Of a stretch of DNA of 64,000 nucleotides, positions 40,801 to 52,000 are shown piece after piece (position 1 is the first letter of the stretch; each line of letters begins with the position of its first letter). This stretch comes from Bugula neritina. Its lineage: Eukaryota; Animalia; Bryozoa. The stretch lies in contig OZ037766.1 in the NCBI GenBank assembly GCA_964035545.1, forward strand, positions 15,366,722-15,430,721. Reading direction: 5' to 3'. Below the pieces are notes generated by a model. The model was not told the origin of the DNA. It saw only the letters and a list, made by a program, of their open reading frames with translations, and did not search any database. A program made the position numbers and the translations under genes.

Positions 40801-43800
40801 ATGTCTTTAGTTCGCACTAAGTCTTATGTTTGCCAAAACTAGCATTCAAGAGTTGGTAATAAGTGGGGAAACAATTTGCAAGGTGTATTTAAAGCAATTA
40901 CGACCAGTTATTTTGTTGAAACTTCCTAAGAGAAGTTGAGAATTTAAAGTGTTACTGTATACTATTGGGTATCTTGCTAGTTTTTTGTTGTTTAATATTT
41001 GAATTTCAGGCAAGTGCCATATTGTTAATCTTGAGTTTTATGCATGATATATACTTTATGCTAGATGAGTACTGGGAGTGGGTAAAGGAACACAAAGTAA
41101 AGCAACCAGCTAACGTCAATGAGGCCATGAGGAGTGAAAGCAAATCTTTGCATACTGCAAATGAGATAATGCTGGAGTTGATGCACAGAGAACCAGAGTA
41201 AATATCATTCTTCTTGCAGACATGGGAATGGAATTCAAAGTTTATATGCATATGCTTTGGTAGAACAGTTCGTTTCTGTGGGTCACGTGCTCTGTTTTGT
41301 GCCAACGAGAAAATAAACCCAGAAATAGTTGCTGTGTATGAATTGAATGTGTGTGTGCGGGTGTGTGTGCGAGGTTATTTATAGATGAATATTTGGAAAG
41401 CTAAATTTTGCTATTGTACCTGACTGCAGGGCTGTTCAACAAGCAGCTCCAGGGTCGCATTCGGCCTCTGGCCTACATTCATGTGTATCTCAAAGGCATA
41501 ACAAATAACATTATTTTACATACATATATGAATTAGAAACAAAAAGCCGCCTTTTCAATGTTCTTTTTATATACATGCTACAAAACATGCAGCCTGCAGT
41601 AATTATTTGGGCTTTATTATATAATATTCATAAAAATTTGGAATAAATCAATTTGAAAAATACTGATGAAGTGGCTCTTAGCTCAAACAAAATTTTACAA
41701 AGTGGCCCTCGCTACTGGGATATTCCATTTCAGTGTTCCTCGCTCTGGAAAGGCTGGGCACCCCTGTACCTGAGTTTTGTAGAATTTACATATTTTAGTA
41801 AACATTTATTATTTGAGATTTCAAATTATTTACAGAGATTCTCCATTTCAAAAGAAGCTTGCCACACTGTGGGACGGATTTGTTGAGCACACAAGCAAAA
41901 GCATTAGAGATTTCCTCAGTGTTGACCATTTAGCTTATGTTCTTACGCAGGTTGAAGGTAAGTTGGTGCATCATTTATTTGTCCCATTGTTTAAAGTATT
42001 GATGATGACAAATATTGTATTAACTTTGTATCTTGTCAACAATGGTCTAAGGGTTAGTGAACATGAAGTCATGGGTTCGAGCTTAATCAAAGGTCATTTC
42101 TGATGTTAGGAAGAACATCCAGTCATAATTGCTCCTGTGCCCCATCTGAACAAGTCCTTATCCCGATTTAACAAAAACTTCTTTCACCAGGGGTTTTCTC
42201 ACAGGGATGGTGACTACAAACTTGCAAGAGCTTTTTTTGTATTTGTATTGGTGATGGGAATATTGTATGAACTTTGTATTTTATCAACAGAAGCAAAGAC
42301 TAATCCTCAACGTAGTCGGAATCTTCCTGAATGGCTAGAGAGAGGAAAGCCACGTCTGCTGGTTGTCCCGGAAGGTGAGCAAAGTGGTTTTTTATTTTTA
42401 TAATAAAATTTCATAATAATATAAATTGAAATATACAGCGACACTAAGTAGATGTTGTTTCAAATGATTGATGATATTTATTCTTGTTGCTTAGCAACTG
42501 TTGGAAAGCCACGTCTGCTGGTTGTCCCGGGAGGTAGGTAAACTTTGTAGCAGCTATGGCTCTAGCAGACTGCATGTATGTATGCATTTATAGTCTAGCA
42601 GCAGAGAATGATATCACAATAGCCAAAATCACTCTGAGTAGAAGGCCTACAAGGAAGGATTCATTATTCTCAATTTAAGGAGATAACTTCTTTCTCATTC
42701 AATAAAAACAATTAGAGTTATTAAAAGGGAAATTACTAAATGCCAATAGATTATGAGTTACACAATAGACCATGTAAGATTGGTACATTTAGTACCTTGA
42801 ACCAATTCTAGATACTCACCACTATAACTTATATAAACTTCTGCAAGTTCAAATGCAAAATGCATACTTCTAGGAAATAGCTGTGCAACTTTTATTACAT
42901 GCATTATTTTATTTCATATCTTAAATTTATGAATCATGAGTTCATTTTTCAAAATGTTTAAATTAAGTGCTTAAAAAATACATTTAAAGAATGTATTCCT
43001 GAAAAATTACCCTGGAGCAGTTTGACCACAACCCCAGCTGTTCTGGCAAAACACATTTAATGACATTTTTATTGACATAGTGGTAAATGGGCTGGTTGTT
43101 TTTGGCAGTTGGGTATCCACTCGCTGTTCTGCAATTTTATACAATTCTGATTGGCTGGACTCTACATGACCAGCTAATGATTGTATCTGATTGGCCTAAT
43201 AATGCATTTGCATTTGAAAATGTAGAGTTTTATATAAGTTATAGTGGTGATATTTTAGAGTTGGTACACGCCCCTTTTTGGTTAGGTTTTATAGTCTGAT
43301 CATGCTGTAGTCATCTACAACACTTCAGTGTATGGGAAAATTATTAGTATTACGAAATCTGTTCTGACTTAGTTTGTAAGCAGCTATGTATAGGCAGTTA
43401 TAACTTAGGGTGATTTCATCAAAAGGCCTTAGAACATCAAATCAACCAGTGCTGTTACTTGGTTGTATTGTAAAGCAGTAGTGAGAGCATAGCATACTAG
43501 CACAGTCACTGAGCTGCAATGACAGTGGCTACACCAAACCTATCAGTTCCATTATAATAATATCTTATGTAAGGCATGTAAAAACACTAGGCTAGTCTCT
43601 GTTAGTATGTAGAGCAGTAGCACAGTTACAGCAGTCACACCACTCTATCCTGTCTACCAAGCGCAGAGGTAGCAATAATGATAATCATTTCATGATTTAG
43701 TTTTAAATCAATGCATACTACTAAATACATTCTCATAGCCTGGTTACTTTGCGTGCTTTAGTTTACTTTAATGTAATTATTTAAGAAATTATTTTACATG

Positions 43801-45949
43801 CTCATTACAAATGCATTAGCCTACGCTATAACCGTAAATTATTTGCTTGTGTACCCACTACTATTTTATTCTAAATTTGTAGAACAGCAGTTTTTTACTC
43901 AGTCACATATTCATCTGCATTGAGTTTAAATGCACAGCTTTTAGCAATAGATAATGTAGACATTTTGTATAAAAATGAGGATTAGCATGTAGTGCCTTGC
44001 ATGTGGGTCTATATTGTTAGTTGGTATTATCACCATGGTACCATGTTGATAACGCTTTCTTGTATATGATTTACTTAGCTAAACAGCATGATTATTCTAC
44101 AAATGTAATGACATCAGCCATGCATGGGACAATATAGTCTAGTTTCTTTTAACTGTGAAGTAATGTTTTATGCAATTTGCCATGTTTTTGTATAAGTGAT
44201 ATTCAAGTTGAACTTCTCAGCCTCAAGCCATTGCTGGATGAAATATATGTACTTAGCTCTGAAACTAATGCAATAACTTTACTAATGAGTTTTCAATACA
44301 TGTTTTAGTCAGTTGAGCAAAATACAAAGGCTCTTTCCTAATAATTTGGAATGTTAGAATAAATGGTCATTAAACATTGGGCTTGAAAAATTTTTCATAT
44401 TGTGTGATGCAACATGATAGCTACAGAAAAAATGCCGATACCACCAAAATGAAAGCATTATATTTCAGCACTGACTGCATACAATATTGATACTATATAA
44501 CAGAATATTATGTACACATAAGTTAGCATTTTGTAAAATGAGTATCACGTCTGAGCTGCCATTTACTTTCACCCAAAATCCTTTTCAACAATCATTGAGG
44601 CAAGCAGATATGACCAAGTATAATACTATTAGACTTTTATTTACAAAGCATAGTGGTATAGCACATGCGTATACAATAGCACATCAAGAAGAATATTATT
44701 ATAAAAGTGCTACACTTCATCGGTTACCAACGGTGGCTGCAGATTACAGAGAGCACAGCAGACTACCATTATCTTATCTAAAAGAGGTGCCAACAGTAAG
44801 CTTACACCCCCAGGACTATTTAAAATATTAAATTCCTTTATCCGTTTTATGGCTCTTTCAACGTGGATTCTAAGGTTAGCAATCAACTTAGTTTGCAGTA
44901 ACTGCGCTCTAGTCATTTGAGAATGGCCTCTCTTCCCAGGTGGCATGGCCAACTTGGCTCCAGCTCCTATTAGCTCTTCTTCAATAATAAAGCCTTTATC
45001 TGCCATGACCACATCACCTGGGTTTATGAGACCCAAGAAGCCAGAATCATTAACTATGCACTTGTCTGAGGCCCTACCTCCCATTCCAGGTGAAAGGAAG
45101 CATATAGTGCCTCTGGGTGTGATTGCAATAAGGTATTTGATTGTATTTGATTTTTTATATTCACTCCACGTCAAGGCTTGTGCCAACTTCGACTGTGGCT
45201 TGCATATAAATATTTCTGTGCAATCAATAATGCACCGAATGTTGGGATACTGACTTTGAAAATTGAGAGGAGTGTTCAATTTCTCTCTAGGGGGAAAAAT
45301 AATGAGATTTTTTAATTCTTTCGCTAGAATGGTTAATGTATCTTTGAAGATTTTGCTTGCTAGCATTCTAGAAATATAAAAAAGGTCAGCAAGCATTTGA
45401 AACTGCAGACCTTGACGCAGCTTCATCAAAGCCAACAAAAGCTCATCTTGTCTTGTTAACTTTTTTCTGAGAGTAAGACACCTCATCTTTGGGCATATAA
45501 ATCTATATAAAAGAATAAAAAATAAATTAACAGCTGGAAATTATATCAGTGTATGTTCAACATATATTTAGTTACTCAGTTTATATTCATTTAGCTTAAT
45601 CTGTGTCTAATAATTATAAAAAAAGAATAAAAACTGTTATAGCCTCAAATAATTGTGCTAACTATCATTGCTTTATAATATTTTATGTTTAAAATATTTC
45701 ATAAGTGTTGCTATTTATTTTAAACACACAGCAGTAACTTTAATGCCACTGTTGCCTGTTGAGCCTTGATGCATAAAATTTTCAATTTTTGAGGTGGGTA
45801 AACATATTTTTAACACCTTAAACTTACAACATTTATATTTAATGATGATTTAATTCAATATATTACATTTTACTTAATTTTATTTATTTTTAGTGCAGTT
45901 GATTACTGTATGAAACTATATAGGAGGGTGAGACTTTTTTAAATAAAGA

Positions 45950-46005
<56 letters not shown>

Positions 46006-49000
46006 AATGTGTGTGTAATTTTAATAGTACGGTAATAAACTTTAAACTTTTACCTTGCTAAAGAAAAATATAGAGATCGTGTAGGTATTCCAGTGTAAAA
46101 CTTGGTTCTTTCATCTGTTGTGGTAAACGTTTTGAAAACTTTAATTTTCCTAACAGCTGCCTTTTGTTTATACTTGGAAAATTCTGAGCTTTTTCTTATA
46201 ACTTTTGGTCCAATATTTAAACGCCTAGGACTCTTTTTTGCATTAGCTAGCAAAGTTTCTTCTTGCTCAGTTACCTCTAATGAAGTTTGACTACAAGGAT
46301 GGCTGTAAGATGAATTCTGTTGCTTTACATTTGTTGAATATTTTTTCTGTTCTTTTCTTTTTCCAGCTGTTTTGTCAAAACCACTGTTTTCTGTGCCTCT
46401 TGAACTATAAGTTTTGGTGCATTTGTATCCCAAGTGAAGGGTTGGGTTTGGATTTCGCTCAGTTGGCTGACCATCTTTAAAATGTAAGGAGCAAACTCTA
46501 GAATGCTGTTTTGGAGTCCATAAATTTCCTAATTCATCCTTCCGATTAATTAAAACACACCAGTCGTGACGCTGTTGCTCATTTTTTCGTGGGAACGTAT
46601 AGAGAGTAAAAGGATTCAATTGTCCAGGATTGCTCTTTCGAAACTTTTGAAGTTTATAATCTCCATTATGACAGTTTTTAACTGCGCAGATTCTCATGCC
46701 AATCTGTAAAATGCCAAGCAAAATATTCAGTATTGGATTAGATTCCTACCAGAACAAAACCTGATATAACTAAATGTGTATTACAAAAGGTAGTAAGATT
46801 TTTTTTCCCCAACATAAATGCTGGCATGCTGTAAAGTTGAGGAATATATCACAGATCTTTTGGAATATAAGTTGTGAACACAGTTTTGTGCTAAAGCCAG
46901 TAATTAATGTAGCCAATATTGGTGACTTTGAGTAAGTAAAAGTTGAGGAAATTTGATATAGTAGCCATTGTTGACTGAAACTTTCACCTGTTTTCAAAAA
47001 GTTGTGCATTCAATAAGAACAGCATTTGATTAGTTGCTCACAAACATCTCAGCCCTTCACAGTAAACTGATTTAAATAAATCTATTTTCAGCCAGATCTA
47101 GTTGGAAATGCGAAAAGTGAGAGACTAACAAATTTTTATCTATTACTAAAATACATAGACGCATATGCTCAATAAATTTCTGTACTTTGCTACAAAACTA
47201 TCCAAATGAAGACAGAAATCACATGTTCAGCGACTGACTTTAGTTAATTATTGTTGTAATAGTTACTCACCTTTTGTGTAGCTACTATAATCCACTAAAT
47301 CTTGTTATGAGATGAGTGTTAGTACCAGCATGCCAGAGTATGGTACAAACTAATGACGTACGCTGGGGAAAATATATTTTCTAAATTAGTTTCTGTTGTA
47401 AGTTTCTAACAGAAGGTATTTGTATTATAATAGCAAGCAAAACATAAGTGATATCCTTAGCAGATTTTACATTTACAGCATGAATGTTATTTCATCAACT
47501 CTGGTGTGATAATACCACAAAGTACCACATAAAAGTTTTAATTTGCTATTTATTCCTAACCCATCTAACATAAATATAGGCCATTGGTTGAGCTGTAAAT
47601 GATTGCAAGACACCCACAGTATTATTCACTCATGCTGTCGCAACAACAATTTCTCATTAAAATTCCTGGTTCCCATTAGGTAGAATATGTCAGCAAGCTC
47701 TGTGATGTGATTCATTTGCTTTCTGTTTACTGTTGGCTATGAGAATGTATTTAGTAGTATGCATTGATTTAAAACTAAATCATGAAATGATTATCATTAT
47801 TGCTACCTCTGCGCTTGGTAGACAGGATAGAGTGGTGTGACTGCTGTAACTGTGCTACTGCTCTACATACTAACAGAGACTAGCCTAGTGTTTTTACATG
47901 CCTTACATAAGATATTATTATAATGGAACTGATAAGTTTGGTGTAGCCACTGTCATTGCAGCTCAGTGACTGTGCTAGTATGCTATGCTCTCACTACTGC
48001 CTTACAATACAACCAAGTAACAGCACTGCATGGTTATTTGATGTTCTAAGGCCTTTTGATGAAATCACATTAAGTTATAACTGCCTATACATAGTTGCTT
48101 ACAAACGAAGTCAGAACAGATTTCGTAATACTAATAATTTTCCCATACACTGAAGTGTTGTAGATGAATACAGCATGATCAGACTATAAAACCTAACCAA
48201 AAAGGGGCGTGCACCAACTCTAAAATATCACCACTATAACTTATATAAAACTCTACATTTTCAAATGCAAATGCATTATTAGGCCAATCAGATACAATCA
48301 TTAGCTGGTCATGTAGAGTCCAGCCAATCAGAATTGTGTAAAATTGCAGAACAGCGTGTGGATACCCAACTGCCAAAAACAACCAGCCCATTTACCACTA
48401 TGTCAATAAAAATGTCATTAAATGTGTTTTGCCAGAACAGCTGGGGTTGTGGTCAAACTGCTCCAGGGTAATTTTTCAGGAATACATTCTTTAAATGCAT
48501 TTTTTAAGCACTTAATTTAAACATTTTGAAAAATGAACTCATGATTCATAAATTTAAGATATGAAATAAAATAATGCATGTAATAAAAGTTGCACAGCTA
48601 TTTCCTAGAAGTATGCATTTTGCATTTGAACTTGCAGAAGTTTATATAAGTTATAGTGGTGAGTATCTAGAATTGGTTCAAGGTACTAAATGTACCAATC
48701 TTACATGGTCTATTGCACACAACTAACTTGATCATTCACATATATTAAATTGTTATTTGTGCCAACAAGTTAAAAAAGTTCATATTTTTCCATTGAATAC
48801 GTAATGTGAGACTTAATTTCTAAATTCTAATTTGTTTTTACTCTTTCTTTGAAATGCTTTTAGTATATATTTGTTGATATAACTCTTCGAAGTCATTGTA
48901 TTGTCCTATATTTAGCTGACACTTATCGGCTGGTGCTGACAATATACCAGTGTGACCCAAATCTAGGATATCCTACACGAAATGAAGTTCTCATCTGTAA

Positions 49001-52000
49001 TAAAAGCACACGCACTGAAGAGGTGAATACTATCGTTTTTATTTTCACCTTTAGTTTGATGAGTATAAAATTGTTTAGTAGCTGTAAACTTGCTGTTGGT
49101 TGTGTTACTAACTTAATAATTTTGTTCACAGGTATCCATATTTCTAAACAGAGCACTTGCTGACCCTGACTCATGCTACTGTATGGTAAACTGTCACCTC
49201 CTCAGCTATGAAGTGTGTAGATTCATTGAGAACAGACTGAGTAGTACAGGTGATGATAAAATAGCCACTTACGGCTTGGCATTCCTCTACGCAGAGGAGG
49301 CCAAAGATGCCAGAATCAGGTCCTATTTGGACAAAAATCTAGTAAAGAATGTGAAGTTGGCTCCAATGGCAGACCTTGCTGCGTATGTGGAGAAACTTCT
49401 GGAACTTCCTGGTTCTGTTAGGAGTTCTGCTGCTGTCGCTGATCCCAACAAGTATGTGTCACAGACAAGTACACTGTTACTGTGAAGAGACGAGTCACTA
49501 GTAACACTTGTGTTGTACAATGTCACTTTTGATCTGAGTTGCTTGCATCATGTGATATTAATTTTTTCTCGTCTAAATTTTGTAGCTTTATGTCACGACT
49601 GATCAGATCTAACAGAGCAGGGGTAGGTAAGTCTTTACAGAAGTTCAACCTGTGCACAAAGTTGAGAGCCAAGCACACATTACGAGGCAAGGACATCACC
49701 ATCCCCATATACAAGACAGTAGACGTTGACGGTCTGATAAAAAGGCTAACAGGAGAGCTAGACAATGGTTTCAGTGATAACTTGTTCCACACGATTCACC
49801 TTGACATTGCTCATGAAGTGAGTGTGCAAAGTGGTGGAACCTGATAACAAGCTAACAGAAAGTTGGTTTTTATGCTAATAAAGTAGTTCCCACTATTCTG
49901 TATACTCTCAAACTTGTTTATAGGTAACCAGCGGTGTGGATGAACTTCTGTTCAACCTGATTATACTGAGAAGTATTGTAAACTCTGAAGGTGTGGTATG
50001 GCAGGCACAGAATACTCAGTACTACATTATTGAGTGCATGCCTTTCACCAGAACTAGTGGAAAGTGTCAGCATGAAGTGATGGACTTCCTTCCCACTCTG
50101 ACCTGTACAACTCCTACAGAAGCTCTTGCCAATTACAATACTCAAGGTATGGTGGAAAAACTAACAACTGCTACTATACCATTTTTTGAAACATGCGTTA
50201 TCTTTAATTACATTACGTTTTTAGCGAAGCTGATAGCAGGCTTATATAGCTAAGAATTGAAAAAAAAGTTGCAAATGCATGTATCAGGAAACTTGATTAT
50301 TTATTTATTTATGTCAAATCCGGGCTAAGGAGCCACCAGTTCGTTGATCAGAGAATAACTTTTATAATTGTTTTTATGTTTACAGAAAGGAATGTCATTG
50401 GATTTGATAAACAAGTACTTCAAAAACATCAATGGCAGATTGTTCTCAAATACCTTGATTGCCACCAGAAGAATGATGCCAGCTATGCTATCTCTGATAA
50501 ACCGTTCACATCTCAATCTGATGCTCTTCAGCTTGTTCTTGCGTAATATTTCTCATTCTATTTTCCAACTAAAAATTTAAAATGACAGTTGTTTGCCTTT
50601 TTAAACAGTTTCAATTTTGAGAGGGAAAGAATTTGTGAGACACCATTAATATACCATACTGTTATTTTTGATGATATAGTTTGGAATTTGTAACAAAAAT
50701 AACAAATGAGATTTTCCACTAATATTTCTACTATTATTTTATTTCTTTCATAGTACTTTATGTGCCTAATTGCATTAAAATTAAATTATGTTTTTTTTTA
50801 GTTATTGTGGCTTAGACGATCCAACGTGGAGTGAGTTGAGACACTATGTCTTCTTTCTTAGTAACCAACTTGACAAAGTTAGCAAGTCACCATTCTGTAG
50901 TCTGCTTGTTGCGGACAGTCTACCTGGCTTTAGATCATTTGTTGTCAAGTTTATGATTGTCATGGCTCAGGTACAGCATTGTTTCCTACAACATTTGATG
51001 CAATTGCAGCATAATGTTTCATGGATGCATTTCAGTATTAAATATGTATATTTACATTTGATTGTGTGATATATTGCAGGACTTTGCTACAAGGTCACTG
51101 AGGATTGCAGAAGACACTCCTGGACTGCAGCTGGCGCAGGTAAACTTCAAAAGGGTAGCTGTTAAAATATTGTGCTTTTCTTTTGCTTTTTGATGCTAAA
51201 CTGCTACTTTAATTGTAGAATGAATTTTATCATTAAATACAAAGTTGAAGTTTTTAAAAAACTTTTGAATGCCATTTGTTGCCATCAGTCAATAAAACAG
51301 TTTGCTATTGCAGATTGAAGACCATGATGTAAATGTTGTGTTAAATCAACTTGAAATGAAGAGAACCTGGGAGAGTGGCAACCACCCCTACTTGTTTTTT
51401 AATGAAGATGGCGACACATTCACACCTTTGGGATTCTTTGTTCAACTTACTGGAGGTGCAATGCCACTGATTTCTCAGCTATCATTTGATGTGAAGATTA
51501 TTACCCGCAATGACATGCAAGTAGCTTTAGGTTTCAAAAGTTATTTAATGCATTTGTTTTGGTTTGTAGAAGCCCATAGTCTTGTAGACTGCCAATCAAA
51601 AGAAATCCTTCTCAGAAACTGCATTTCTAAAGTCTTGATGAATGCTCTCAATGACTATCCAGATAGACATAAAATGGCCATGTCTGAGGATTTTAATAAA
51701 CTCAACAGGTGGGCTGTTAACTGTATTGTTGGGCTTATTCTTGTATGTTGGTATAGCTAATATGGTAACTTTAAGTTTTTGTAAAGTTAGTCAACTGCTG
51801 TTCTTGTATTATTATCATTTGTCAAAATAATGTTGAATATAACTGTAATCCATTTTACATTAGTCTAGTCCATAGGAGCTGGTTTGGTGATACAAAAGTC
51901 AACATTTTAAACCAATTTATATATTTTTTGTGTTTTCCCAGAGGATCTCAACTTACTAAGCTAAGAGATATTATGGTAAAGACATTCGTATACAGAACAG

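Larger units (their letters stand above)
42767..48711 (-). mobile_element. ISL2EU-like (PIF/Harbinger superfamily) DNA transposon, 5945 bp, with ~975-bp TIRs, inside an RNF213 intron
   Basis: TIRs at 42767-43740 and 47735-48711 begin with AGACCATG. A 2-bp AT TSD is at 42765-66 and 48712-13, within a caATtg site. A THAP-HTH-DDE transposase lies inside. Confidence 0.93.

Noticed and set aside
46050-46721. Stand-alone host THAP gene separate from a HARBI1-like gene
   Set aside because: The two ORFs splice in frame into one transposase and sit between TIRs with a TSD.
43087-48391. Twin 70-aa ORFs 43087..43299 (+) and 48179..48391 (-) as a gene pair
   Set aside because: They are the same sequence seen in the two TIRs and have no recognisable domain.
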